Made by a program: the position numbers and the translations under genes. Below the pieces are notes generated by a model. That model worked only from the letters and a program-made list of their open reading frames with translations. It was not told the origin of the DNA and searched no databases. Of a DNA stretch of 64,000 nt, positions 1-12,853 are shown piece after piece. Source of the stretch: Blastocystis sp. Blastoise (Eukaryota; Protista; Bigyra: Opalinata); contig JBBPEB010000011.1 of the NCBI GenBank assembly GCA_039096225.1, positions 930,001 through 994,000 of the forward strand, written 5' to 3'. Every line of letters begins with the position of its first letter. The first letter of the stretch is position 1.

Positions 1-3000
1 GAATATGTTATACTAACAGTTTCACATCGAGGACCTATTTCTATATAAGTATTTGGATCATAATCAATTAAATAGCCAAGGGAATTTCCATTAATATCTA
101 CTCTATTTGAAGATAAAACTCCATTTTGAAATATTGAATCTTGTTTATTATATATATTCATATATAGATCGAAAGAATCAGATATATTTTTAGTTGTTTC
201 CCTTTGTTTATAAGCAAAAGGTGTAACAGGATATTGTTTATTATTATTCAATAAAGGAGATTCTATATAATCAGAATAAGAAGAAGAAATATCATTTTTT
301 TCTTTTGTACTTATGAATATATTATTAGAAATATTAGTAGTATTAAATATAGAATATACTTTTAATGCTATAATATTTTCTCCTAATAAAAAATGAGATA
401 AAGATAAAGAAATCCCTGTTTCTGACATATATATTGTTTTATTATAAGAAAAAACATTAAAAGAAGAAGATATTAAAGAATTAGTAATTTGATTATTATA
501 TAATGAAGTAAGAGTATTATTTGAGTTAGAAGAAGAAATTAAATATCCATTAATATATATATCATATTCATAATCAGATTGAATACGTATATTAATACTT
601 GTAACATTACTATTCTCTATAGTAAATATACGTCTTAAATATATAGTTTGATTCGTGAAGAATTCTATATGAGATAAAGAATTCGAATAGAACGATGAGT
701 CATTATAATGAATAGATGTCCAATCATCAGAATCTTGAATAGAGTATATATATTTCCATATAGAAACAGAAGGAGGAAGAATATAATCTAAATTTAAAGG
801 GAAAAATACAGAATTAGCATTTCTATTAAATGAATAAGAATAAATTTGATAGTTTCCACTAGTAGCAATAATACTACCTTCAGGGAAATAAGGAGTAGAT
901 CGTGCATATAAATAAATATCTAATCGTTGCTTATAGAAACACATAGGATAACTATTAGTAGTATTAGTAAATAAAATAGTATCAAATAGAACAGTATTAT
1001 CATTATCTCTTGATTGTAAAACCCATTCGACATTCCCTTCTGTTTTATCAACATTAATTTTAAAATGTACATATATATAAGGATATACACAATCAGAAAT
1101 AGTAATAGTAATATTATCATGATAAACCTTACCAAATATATCAAGTACAGTAAGAACATATTGTTCATGATCTAAAAGAATAGTAGGTGTACCATATATA
1201 AAACCATTAGAAGAATCTAAAATCATACTTGGATGAAGAGAAGGCATTAAAGTATAAGCAAGATAATACTCAGTAGGTTTATAAGACATCGATATAGGTA
1301 TATTTCTAAAGAAATAAATAGATGAAGAATAATAATGAAAATCTGGAACTTTTATTTTAGTATAATCTTCTATATAATATTCTACTTGTGAAATTCCTAT
1401 AATTGATTGATCTCCATAAGAAGTATATATAGCAAAAGTTAAATTAAATCCTATATAATTTTGAAGTATAAATGGTAAATAAAAACATCGTTTTAAAAAC
1501 TTTGGATTCCAATAAAAATGTTGATCTTCAAAAAATTGTTCAGAAGTACCATTAAATAATATACCAGCTAAACTGAAATGAAAATCAATAAGATGATATG
1601 TATCAATACTACTTTTATCTAATGTACATACTTTATTAAACATATTAAATCGTGTATGTATAGTTTTATATATTAATGTTGCAGAATTTAATGTTGTATT
1701 ATGAAATAAAAACCATTGTGTAGATAATGATTTATCAAATAAGTTATAGGGTGATGTTATAATAGACTCAGGAGGATCAACGGTTATTGTAGCATCGTAT
1801 GAATAAGACTGAATATTGCTGATTTCATTAAAAAATAAATATCCATCAAAATGAAATTCAAAATCATCTTTATTTTCAACAGCATATGATGAATCAAAGA
1901 ATATAGATAGTATATTTTCTCCTTCTTTAATAAATGTAGTACTTCCCTTACAATTCTGATAATATTTATTATACTCTTTAGAAGAAGAAGAAGAAGAGAA
2001 AATAGATGATTTAGAAGATGATCTAGAAGATGATATTAAGATAGATTCTTCACTTATATAATGAATACTATTAAATCCATGATGATGAATCGTATTGGTA
2101 GAATCTGAAACTGACTGAAATGTATTTAATTCATCATTTACATAACGAGTTGTATTTTGATTAATATAATTCTTAATAAAGGATTCTTTATCAATATGGC
2201 ATGTTTCAATTCCATTCACATAAAGTATAAAGGGTAAATTAAAATAAAATTTAAAGACCCAACTTTGTGAAATACTAGAAGTTTGTTTATCTACTAGTAT
2301 ACGATTTCTAAATAATAATTTTGAAGTTATATTAGAAGATAGAGTTGTTGAATTCTGTTGATATATAAACCAATTAGAATCATCAAAAGAAGGAAACATC
2401 CAATCATTTGATATATCATTTGTTATAAATTGATAACTCCATGTAGAGTTTAAGGTAATAAATAAAGTAGGATTAAAATTATATATATCTTGAAGTCCAA
2501 AAGAATAAGGAGTAATACGTAAATAAGGATCATAAAAGTTGATATTATGATCACATATAAAGGAAACATCCATATATATTCCTTTATCCCATAATAGAGG
2601 TTGAGAAGTATTAAAAGAAATAGAATATGTATAAGGTAATAAACATAAATAAAAATGAGAAAATGTATTGGGTGAACGATATATAGAAAGAGTTGAACTT
2701 TGTGTTTTTAAATAAATAATAGAATAGTCAGTACTAGTAGTAATAGGAAGAGTAACAAATGTAAAAAGAGAAATTACCGATGTAGATGGACAAACTATAT
2801 ATATATATATAGATCATGATACTTTAAAAATATTTTAAAAAATGAAAATAGAAATAAATATATAACTATATAAACTATAATAATACACATACAAATTACA
2901 TTCAAATGAAATATATAATACTCTGTGATATTATATATTATACTATCTGCTTTAATTTCAATAGTAAAATCACCAGCATCTGTAAGGATAGTTTTTATAT

Positions 3001-4579
3001 TTCCAGAAGTAGGATTAATAACACAAGGAGAAGGAATATTACTGTTAATAATTTGAAAGTTTTCATATCCTGTTGATAATGGTGAATAATTAATAGAATC
3101 ACCTACCATATAAGAACTAATATAATTCATATATTGAAGAGACGAATAGAAAGTTAAACCATTTACAGATAATAAAGAAATATGATGAATATCTATCTCT
3201 ATTTGAGAAGCTATAAAGAAGAGATATATAGATAGATATAGATATTGATATATATTATATATATTATACATTTATATATATTTATATAATATTAATAAAT
3301 ACATAAATATAGATTAAAAAAGAAGTAAATGATAATTCTTTATATAATATATACATAATTTAATATCTTAATTATAATATAATATATATATATATAACTT
3401 AAAGAATAATAAATAAATACTAATAGAAAATGAGTATTGACTAAATGCCAAGCGATTTGAGTTCATAATAAATGATTTCTTTTGTTGATAAGGAATAGTA
3501 ATTTCAAATAATTTCTTATCTAAATAATGTTTATTACCTTCATTATCAATACCATATAATATAATAGATATATCAAACGGTAGAGTAGCAGTATATTTGA
3601 ATGTTAATGAATACATACCTATCCATACTTTTCTATATATATATATAAGATAAGAGACATCTATATTATAATAATTTATAATAATTCATAATAATTCATA
3701 ATAATTTAATAATAATTCATAATAATTTAATAATAATTCATAATAATTTAATAATAATTCATAATAATTTAATAATAATTTATAATAATTTATAATAATT
3801 TATAATACAATACATATATACCTAGTAGGAATAAATGAATAATAGATATTAAATGATTTAAATGGTATAGATATCTCTGAGGAGGAGTCTAAGGAGAATA
3901 TATTATTACATTTATTAAGTAAATTATTATAAGGAGAAGAACATTCGACATGGCCAACTGTAGACTGGATTATAGTGTGAACTAGAGATAAATAGAGATA
4001 AATAGATATATAAAGATTTATAAATAAATAAATATATCTATATATATATAGATAGAGATTTAAAATGATAAGTATAAAATAATACATATATATATAGAAA
4101 TAATAATTACTATTAATATATATATGAATATTAAAAACGCAATTGAATAATAATTATATTTTATAGATAAGAAAAGAAATATATATAAAATATATTGAAT
4201 ATATATAATAAATAATAATATAATAACTTAAAAATTTAAAAAATACTATTTTTATCAGTAAGAGGATAGAATAAATAATTAAGAGGGATTCGATGAGGGT
4301 TTTCGAGGGATCGCGCGTGTAATTCAACGGCAATAACTAATTTATGATCATGAAACGTAAAATGACGCGTCGACAGAGTATTACTAGAAGAAGAAGAGTT
4401 AAAATATATACCAATTATTGAGAATAAAAATATTAATACAAAAATAAAGTATTTTTTATAAATAATACTTAAGAAATAAACATATAAAAATATAGAATAT
4501 GAATTCAATATGAATTAAGAAAATAATATATACATATATAATAAAGCAAGAAAAAAATGATAAAAATGATAGTAAAAAC

Positions 4580-4614
<35 letters not shown>

Positions 4615-5735
4615 TAAATCAAATGTGGGTCCATCACATATATCACCAGGAGTGGTTGATGTTATATTCCCTCTATATATATATTAATAATAATAATACA
4701 TTTAACTATATGAATAATAATAATAATAATAATATATAACTACATTAATAATAATAATATAAACTACATTAATAATAATAATATATAACTACATCAATAA
4801 TAATAATATATAACTACATCAATAATATTAATATATATATACGATTTAATACAATATCTATCAATTTCTATACCACCAATATAAATAACAATGCCACTTT
4901 TAGCTCGAATACTTAATTGAAATAAAATATCATTTACTTCAGAATCAATTTGGAGTACCGTACGAAAGTAAACGGTTGTAACGTCATGTCTAACGTCAAT
5001 TCCTGGTGAAAAAGAAGGCCATGAAAAGAAGCTAGTCGATGTTTTCCAATCATCAGTATTTTGACTAGTTTTAGTATATTGCCAATCATAAGTATTCGTC
5101 ATAAGAATATAGGCTATATATTAATATGAGAAAAAATTTAAATAAAAAAAAAATAAAAATATATATATTAAAGAAATAAAAAAAAATGTAATACATAGAA
5201 TTAAGTAATACTATTAAATATATATATAAGAATAAGTATCATAAAATACTATGAAATGGTTGAAAAGTAGGTTCATCAGTATGATATGTATGGTATGGAT
5301 TATTTGTAGTAATAATTACAAAATCGTTATAAAGAAGTGTCAATTTTGTGTTTTCACTTGCTGTATTACCCCATCCATGTCCATCTCTATAAATAATTAA
5401 GATAAAATATATTTTTAATATACATACTTGGATGTCATTACAAAACGGAATACAGATTGTATTGGTAAACACAAGTTCACAATCTTGTAAGAAAAACTGA
5501 GATCAAAATATGATTCTTCATCCTCATAGAAGGCAATCCACGAATCATCTTTATTCAATTCAATCTTCCAATAATCATTTTTTGCATTTTCTCTATACTC
5601 CTTCTTTATAGAAAATGACATACAGTCATCTTTGGCACTTGCTGCTATGAACAAATTACAATAAACTAAATTATAAGATATACCTTTAACGACAATACAA
5701 GACAAGATTGCCAAAGTGACCAACCAATTGAGCAT
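1..5735 (-). CDS. Large secreted/surface multidomain protein (signal peptide; repeated galactose-binding-like + discoidin-like + putative Ig/He_PIG-like modules); multi-exon, 3' end beyond the left edge
   Basis: ATG at 5735 gives MLNWLVTLAILSCIVVKG (signal-peptide-like), followed by GT-AG introns. ORF-track fragments 5415-5735, 5239-5472, 4794-5102, 4236-4508, 3800-4087, 3368-3616 and 2795-3271 each contain an exon. A long exon starting at 2794 read open wherever I translated it toward base 1. The motif W.Y...W...DS.W..Y[FL]R...[IV]Y[IV]NG...N[IV]IA recurs three times. Ig-like strings: IPSPCVINPTSGNIKTILTDAGDFTIEIKA and LHPSMILDSSNGFIYGTPT. Confidence 0.8.
3668..3805. repeat. Intronic low-complexity tandem repeat (ATAATTCATA/ATAATTTA units)
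   Basis: Directly visible imperfect tandem units inside an intron of the left gene. Confidence 0.8.
4715..4830. repeat. Intronic ~25-bp tandem repeat (AATAATAATAATATATAACTACATT-like, ~4 copies)
   Basis: AACTACAT recurs at roughly 25-bp spacing. Confidence 0.75.
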
Positions 5736-7750
5736 TAAAATAATGCTAAATAAAACTTATTATCCACAAAAATAAAGTATAAAAAGACTTCGTTTCTTTA
5801 ATTTTGATTTCTCAAATAACCATGTTTTTTCTATTGTATTGACAGAAATTTAGAAAATCGCCATAAAAAAAAATTTTGAACAAGATGTGTCTTTTCTTAT
5901 GGATTCCTTTAATATGGCTTTTTTATTTATTTTATATCATATTTTTTTGTACAGTTAATTAATAATAATAAACTTTTAAAATTTTTTTGTAGCTATATTT
6001 CTCTCATTAATAATGTATTGAATTGTAATTGTCTTATTTTTGAAGTTAAAACGGTTGTATCATGTGATTTATAATAATGTAACATTGATAATAATATTTT
6101 TTTTGTGATAGGGTAGTTTAACCAGTATTTGTTTACTAAAAAACACAATAAAGACCATTAAAAATCATTTATTTCATTTCTGTATTGCAAATAATTATTA
6201 ATTATTATGAGTTACGTAGTGAATAATATCGAAAATTCAGGACATCGACATTTTTATATCATTGAATATATATCAAGTGACTTTTTATTAATGGACTCTA
6301 GCTATTTTGATTCAGACAGAATAATATATATCCTTTTAATACAACGAAATGACAAAAAGACTCGTGAAATAAAATTTTTTGTATAATCTAATTGATGCAA
6401 CTGAGTCACAGTATAATGAGAAGTAATCTTTATATATAGAATATTTATTTAGAATTCATATCATGATTCATCAACAAACAATTACAATTTAAAAACGTAT
6501 TATTGCAATCACTTTTCATATAACATCATGATTTAAAATGTAGAAAAATAAATTTAAGTAAAAATATTAAAAAACAAAAAAATAATAATAAAAGTAAAAA
6601 CAAAAAGAAAAGTCTATAATAAAATTTAATAATTGTATGGATTATTTGATTTTATCAAGCTTTATTGAGTATACAATAATTAAAAAATAGGTTTTGTATT
6701 ATAACAAGGGATAGTGTCAATTAGAATATTTAAAAAAAGAATTCTACAGATTGTCAACTGTGCAAATTAATTAATTTCTTTATAATGCAACTGTATAGTG
6801 ATATATGTGAAATATCTATATTACTGGCAAACAAATAAGAAATAAACTGAAGTCGAATTCATAGAATAAACCTTTGATTGACAACTAAATTTTTCAAAAA
6901 AATCCGTTCTTTTTTTATGACTCAATATATACCATCCAAAACGAGAAAACATCATTATAAAGCTTTGATTAGAGAAAATAAAAAAATGAACTTCTCATTT
7001 TTAAAAAATACTTCTTGTGTGGCATGTCATACATATGGTAGTTAGTTTAAGCAATTAATAATGTCATAATTTCAAAATATTCGATAAATACTCTTGAATA
7101 GAAATGGCATCTCCTAATTTTCATGTAGGATTTCTTGCTAAATTGGGGAATTATTGACGAGCTATTATAGAGAAATGAAATGAATGGTGGAAAAATTGAG
7201 ATTTGAGATTGATGGTAGAAATGAATGGCTGTCGTTGTTATCTTTGACGCATTCTCCACAACAACGAAGCAAAAATTGGGTTCTTTATCAATAATAGACC
7301 CATAATAATTGGAGTAGATTCTCTGTTTGCAGCGTTTGTCATCAAAAAAACAATCTTTGGGAAGGTTTCTCTTTTTTGCAATTGTAGATGCTTAGGAATG
7401 AAATTTTTAAGTGTGCCAATAAAAAAAAAGATGATAGTGCTTTATTGAAGTTAACATATTCATGAAATATAGTTCTAAATAGTCTACCAATATCATATCA
7501 TACTATTGCCATTGATATCATCAAGTAACTTGAGTGTGCAAGTGATGATGATCTTTAAATGAAAGTACTAGATCTTCTTTTAAAGTGTATTATGAGTTCA
7601 AATATCAATTTAGGATGCCATAAAAATAGTTAGTAATGGATAATTAAATTAATTAAAGTAAATAAATGATAATAAAAATCATTAATTTTGTCATTTTTCT
7701 TGGGAAAATAATTTAATAAATGTCATCGGTTTTTATCCTATCTAACCAAT

Positions 7751-7764
7751 AAAATCGCGGTTTT
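7751..7764 (+). promoter_or_regulatory. Candidate promoter element AAAATCGCGGTTTT next to a CCAAT box
   Basis: Lies ~140 nt upstream of the PYC ATG. The same 14-mer occurs in reverse orientation at 24274-24287 in a divergent promoter. Confidence 0.4.
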
Positions 7765-7900
7765 ACGAATAATTACAAAAAAACATTTTGATGTTTCGGT
7801 TTTTATAATTATTGATGAAATAGGCAGGATTTAACCGTCATGAAATAAATGCCAGAAATTAAGTATTATTATTTTTATTGAACAACTGATACAATTCATC

Positions 7901-10900
7901 ATGTTATCCTCTGTTCAAATATTCAAACAATCTGCTTTCACTCGTGCTATGGCTACTTCAGTTAAGTTACCTTTTAAGAAGGTAATGGCTGCTAATCGTG
8001 GTGAAATTGCTTTACGTATTATGAGAGCTTCTCAAGAATTAGGTATTCCTACTGTTGGTATTTATTCTTATGAAGATCGTTTCGGTTTACATCGTACTAA
8101 AGCTGATCAATCTTTCCTTCTTGATCGTAAGAAGAGTCCTATTGCTCAATATTTAGATATTAATTATATTGTAAAGATCGCTAAGGAAAATGGTGTATCT
8201 GCTGTCCATCCTGGTTATGGTTTCCTTTCTGAAAATGCTGCTTTTGCTGATGCTGTTGAAAAAGCTGGAATGACTTTCGTTGGTCCTACTGTTGATAACT
8301 TAAGAATGTTTGCTGATAAGACTACTGCTCGTGAACATGCTATTAAGCATAATATTCCTGTTGTTCCTGGTACTCCTGGTCCTATTGGTACTTATGAAGA
8401 AGCTAAAAAGATTTGTGATAAGATTGGTTTCCCTATTATTATTAAAGCTGCTTTTGGTGGTGGTGGTAAAGGTATGAGAGTTGTTAATAAGATGGAAGAT
8501 CTTAAGGATAATTTCAGTTTAGCTAGTCGTGAAGCTTTAGCTGCTTTTGGTAATGGTACTGTTTTCATTGAAAGATATGTTGCTGAACCTAGACATATTG
8601 AAATTCAAGTTCTTGGTGATGGTACTGGTAACGTTATTCATTTATTTGAACGTGATTGTTCTGTTCAAAGAAGACATCAAAAAGTTATTGAAAATGCTCC
8701 TGCTTATCATTTAGATCCTCAACTTCGTGATAAGATAGCTGATGCTGCTGTTTATCTTTGTAAAACACTTAAATATCGTAATGCTGGTACTGTAGAATTC
8801 CTTGTTGATAAACAAGGTAGATTCTATTTTATGGAAGTTAATCCTCGTGTTCAAGTAGAACATACTGTTACTGAAGAAGTTACTGGTATTGATATTGTTC
8901 AAACTCAATTAAAGATAGCTGCTGGTTATACTCTTAATGATTTAGGTCTTACTCAAGATAAGATTAAAACTCGTGGTTATGCTATTCAAGCTCGTATTAC
9001 TACAGAAAATCCTTCTAATAATTTCCAACCTGATACTGGTGTTATTACTGCTTATCGTGAAGCTACTGGTCAAGGTGTACGTTTAGATGGTGTTGGTTAT
9101 CAAGGTTTAGAAATTACTCCTCATTATGATTCTTTACTTGTTAAATTAACTTGTAGAGGTGCTACTTATCAAGATGCTGTTAATAAACTTCATCGTGCTC
9201 TTACTGAATATAGAGTTCGTGGTGTTAATACTAATGTTCCTTTCTTATTAAATCTTTTAGAAAAAGAACAATATTTAGAAGGTAAAGCTACTACTTTCTT
9301 CATTGCTCAAAATCCTGATTTATTAGATCCTCGTCCTAGTAAGAACCGAGGTCAAAAGACTCTTCAATATTTAGGTAATTTAATTGTTAATGGTCATCCT
9401 TCTGAATTAGGTGCTACTGGTCCTGCTCCTGCTAAGACTGAACCTTTAGTTCCTGCTACTCCTAATGAACCTATGCCTACTGGTTTTAGACAAATTTATA
9501 AAGAACAAGGTCCTAAAGCTTTTGCTAAAGCTGTTCGTGATCATAAAGGATTATTATTAACTGATACTACATGGAGAGATGCTCATCAATCTTTACTTGC
9601 TACTAGAATGAGAACTAGAGATATCTTAGCTATTGCTCCTTATACTGCTCATGCTTTTAATAATTTATATTCTTTAGAATGTTGGGGAGGTGCTACTTTT
9701 GATGTAGCTATGAGATTCTTACATGAAGATCCTTGGGAAAGATTAGCTCTTATGAGAGAACAAGTTCCTAATATTCCTTTCCAAATGTTATTAAGAGGTG
9801 CTAATGCTGTTGGTTATTCTGCTTACCCTGATAATGTTAATTATAAATTCTGTGATTTAGCTGTTAAGACTGGTATGGATGTTTTCAGAGTCTTTGATTC
9901 TTTAAATTATATTGAAAATATGAGATTAGGTATTGATTGTGTTGGTTCTGCTGGTGGTATTATTGAAGCTACTCTTTGTTATACTGGTGACTGTGCTAAT
10001 CCTAATGAAAAGAAATATACTATTGATTATTATCTTGAAACTACTAGAAAATTAGTTGATTTAGGTATTCATGTTTTAGCTATTAAAGATATGGCTGGTT
10101 TATTAACTCCTCAATCCGCTAGATTATTAGTTAGTAGTATTCGTAAAGAATATCCTAATTTACCTATTCATATTCATACTCATGATACTGCTGGTACTGG
10201 TGTTACTTCTATGATTGCTTGTGGTGAAGCTGGTGCTGATGCTGTTGATGTAGCTATTGATTCTATGTCTGGTATGACTTCTCAACCTTCTATGGGTGCT
10301 GTTGTTTCTTCTCTTAGAGGTACTCCTTTAGATACTGGTATTGATCATAATAAACTTACTCAAATTAATGATTATTGGAGTGATGTTCGTGGTGTTTATG
10401 CTCCTTTTGAATGTGGTCAAAAGAGTGGTTCTTCTGATGTTTATGATCATGAAATGCCTGGTGGTCAATATACGAATCTTATGTATCAATCTCAACAATT
10501 AGGTCTTACTGGTCAATGGCCTCTTGTTAAAAAAGCTTATGAAGATGCTAATGATTTATGTGGTGATATTATTAAAGTTACTCCTTCTTCTAAAGTTGTC
10601 GGTGATTTCGCTAACTTTATGGTCCAAAATAAATTAACTAAACAAGATGTTCTTGCTAAAGCTGATGAATTAAACTTCCCTACTTCTGTAGTTGAATATT
10701 TCCAAGGTTATTTAGGTATTCCTGAACCTTGGGGTTTTAATGAAGAAGTTAGAAGTAAAATCATTAAAGGTAAGAAATTACCTAATGGTAAAGATAGATT
10801 AACTGGTAGACCTGGTGCTGAAATGCCTCCTTATGATTTAGAAGGTACTAAAGCTAAATTACAAGCTAAATATGGTAAGGATCGTATTCAAGATACTGAT

Positions 10901-11431
10901 GTTATCTCTTATGCCTTATATCCTCGTGTCTTTGATGATTGGATGACTTATGAAAAACAATATGGTGATGTCTCTAAAATACCTACTCGTTATTTCTTAA
11001 GACCTATGACTGTTGGTGAAGAAACTTGTGTTACTATTGAAAATGGTAAAGATATGTATATTAACTATAAAGGATTATCTGAAGTTAATAAAAAAGGAGA
11101 AAGAGAAGTTAATTTCACTCTTAATGGTTTAGCTAGATCTGTTATTGTTAAAGATACTAAATCTGGTGTTACTATTAAAGTCAATGAAAAAGCTACTGAT
11201 AAAGCTGGATCTGTTGGTTCTCCTATGACTGGTGCTGTTGTTGAAATCACTTGTAAACCTGGCCAAAAAGTTAAAGCTGGTCAATCTCTTGTCATCTTAT
11301 CGGCTGCTAAGATGGAAACTATCGTCTCTGCTCCTTGTAATGGTACTTTAAAGAGAATTCTTGCTGTCAAGGGTGAAAAGATGGAAACTGGTGATCTTCT
11401 TGTCGAAATCGAAGAAGAAAAGAAGAACTAA
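7901..11431 (+). CDS. PYC: Pyruvate carboxylase, intronless, with probable mitochondrial/MRO targeting presequence
   Basis: 1176-aa ORF. Biotin carboxylase motifs ANRGEIA, HPGYGFLSEN, RDCSVQRRHQK, EVNPRVQVEH. Carboxyltransferase motifs RDAHQSLLATR, WGGATFD, HIHTHDT, KVTPSSKVVGD. C-terminal biotinyl domain (SAAKME). The N-terminus MLSSVQIFKQSAFTRAMATS lacks acidic residues. Confidence 0.97.
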   Translation: MLSSVQIFKQSAFTRAMATSVKLPFKKVMAANRGEIALRIMRASQELGIPTVGIYSYEDRFGLHRTKADQSFLLDRKKSPIAQYLDINYIVKIAKENGVSAVHPGYGFLSENAAFADAVEKAGMTFVGPTVDNLRMFADKTTAREHAIKHNIPVVPGTPGPIGTYEEAKKICDKIGFPIIIKAAFGGGGKGMRVVNKMEDLKDNFSLASREALAAFGNGTVFIERYVAEPRHIEIQVLGDGTGNVIHLFERDCSVQRRHQKVIENAPAYHLDPQLRDKIADAAVYLCKTLKYRNAGTVEFLVDKQGRFYFMEVNPRVQVEHTVTEEVTGIDIVQTQLKIAAGYTLNDLGLTQDKIKTRGYAIQARITTENPSNNFQPDTGVITAYREATGQGVRLDGVGYQGLEITPHYDSLLVKLTCRGATYQDAVNKLHRALTEYRVRGVNTNVPFLLNLLEKEQYLEGKATTFFIAQNPDLLDPRPSKNRGQKTLQYLGNLIVNGHPSELGATGPAPAKTEPLVPATPNEPMPTGFRQIYKEQGPKAFAKAVRDHKGLLLTDTTWRDAHQSLLATRMRTRDILAIAPYTAHAFNNLYSLECWGGATFDVAMRFLHEDPWERLALMREQVPNIPFQMLLRGANAVGYSAYPDNVNYKFCDLAVKTGMDVFRVFDSLNYIENMRLGIDCVGSAGGIIEATLCYTGDCANPNEKKYTIDYYLETTRKLVDLGIHVLAIKDMAGLLTPQSARLLVSSIRKEYPNLPIHIHTHDTAGTGVTSMIACGEAGADAVDVAIDSMSGMTSQPSMGAVVSSLRGTPLDTGIDHNKLTQINDYWSDVRGVYAPFECGQKSGSSDVYDHEMPGGQYTNLMYQSQQLGLTGQWPLVKKAYEDANDLCGDIIKVTPSSKVVGDFANFMVQNKLTKQDVLAKADELNFPTSVVEYFQGYLGIPEPWGFNEEVRSKIIKGKKLPNGKDRLTGRPGAEMPPYDLEGTKAKLQAKYGKDRIQDTDVISYALYPRVFDDWMTYEKQYGDVSKIPTRYFLRPMTVGEETCVTIENGKDMYINYKGLSEVNKKGEREVNFTLNGLARSVIVKDTKSGVTIKVNEKATDKAGSVGSPMTGAVVEITCKPGQKVKAGQSLVILSAAKMETIVSAPCNGTLKRILAVKGEKMETGDLLVEIEEEKKN

Positions 11432-12732
11432 ATTTGTTGAAACTAATAGTTATGTTGTATTGTAGTTGTAATCAGTTATGATTAAGACTCTGTTTATTGA
11501 TGTTATATGTCTTTAACAAATCTGTTTTAATATATCTTGTATTTTGAGTTATTTATTTTGCAATTTTTCTGTGTTTTTGTTATAAATATGATATATTTTT
11601 GCCAGTAATTATTTATTATGTGTTTTGTTTTTTTTTAAATTTTTTTAAAGAATCAATATAAAATTATGCTAATTAAAGTATATATACATTTGTTTTCTGA
11701 ACAAAACAAAGAAAATTGACAAGAGGGAGATATGTATATGAGGAAATGGAGATAAAAGTGAGTATAAAGTGAAAATATAATATAAATGTATATATAACAA
11801 TTTTGACTATACATATTAGTGTATAGAGACTTGGAGATTATAAAAGGAAATAGTATATATATTGTGTGTGTTTTTAGAAATGAATGAATATAGAAATGAA
11901 ATATATAAGTATAAAACGAAGAATACATACTACAAAGTAAATATATATCTATAAAAAAAAATTTACAAATGACAAGAATTTGAATATTAATATTCAAAAT
12001 TGTTTATAGATATATATGTATAGGTAAAAAAATGATGAGTGTATGAAATATTGAATAATAGTAGTAGTATATATATATATATGTAAAAAATATATATATA
12101 CTATGTATATAATGTATAGGTTGTATTGTAAAGATAAAATAAATATTATATTTACAGGTATATAAATAAATAAAGAAGAAAAAAGATAACGATGAAAAGA
12201 ATTATATGTATAAATATAATATAAATATGTGTATACATAAAATATAAACATACATATAGATATATGTATATATAAAAAGACTTTAAAAAAAGCCAAAAAT
12301 TGTTAAAATGTAAGTATATATACCGATAAAGTATAAAAGTTAAATAAAAAGTTATTATTATTATTATAATTATAATTATTATATATATACATAATAATAT
12401 ATAAAAAAACACATAGGTGAAAACATATAGAGATGTTATTGAAGGAACTGAATGGACTATTAAATAAAAATGAATATATATCAAATCTATTATATATAAA
12501 AGTGATATATATTATAGAAAAAAAATATGTAAAAGAAATATGAAATGAAACAATATAAATGAAATAAGATTAAGATAAAAATAATTTGATATATAATCAA
12601 ATGAAGATAAACTAAATACAAACACTTAAAATAACGAATGATAATGACTATAAGAAAATAAGTGAATAATTATAAGTAAGCAAGAGAATAAATAAAAAAA
12701 AAAAAGGAGATAAATGTGAAACTTAAAACAGT

Positions 12733-12853
12733 AATTAATAAAAATATAGAAATGAAATAAAATTAATAAAAAACATAGAAATGAAATAAAATTAATAAAA
12801 GTATAGAAATGAAATAAATTTAATAAAAATATAGAAATGAAATAAAATTAATA
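12733..12853. repeat. ~28-bp minisatellite, 4 copies (AATAAAAATATAGAAATGAAATAAAATT)
   Basis: TAGAAATG recurs at 12747, 12776, 12804 and 12832. Confidence 0.85.

Noticed and set aside
8711-11250. Antisense ORFs inside PYC (8711-8908, 11065-11250)
   Set aside because: Shadow frames of a strongly codon-biased gene, with non-ATG starts.
11429-11445. Blastocystis-type stop codons created by polyadenylation (TGTTTGTT signal)
   Set aside because: All complete genes modelled here have genome-encoded stops. Only loose ATTTGTT-like strings follow two of them.
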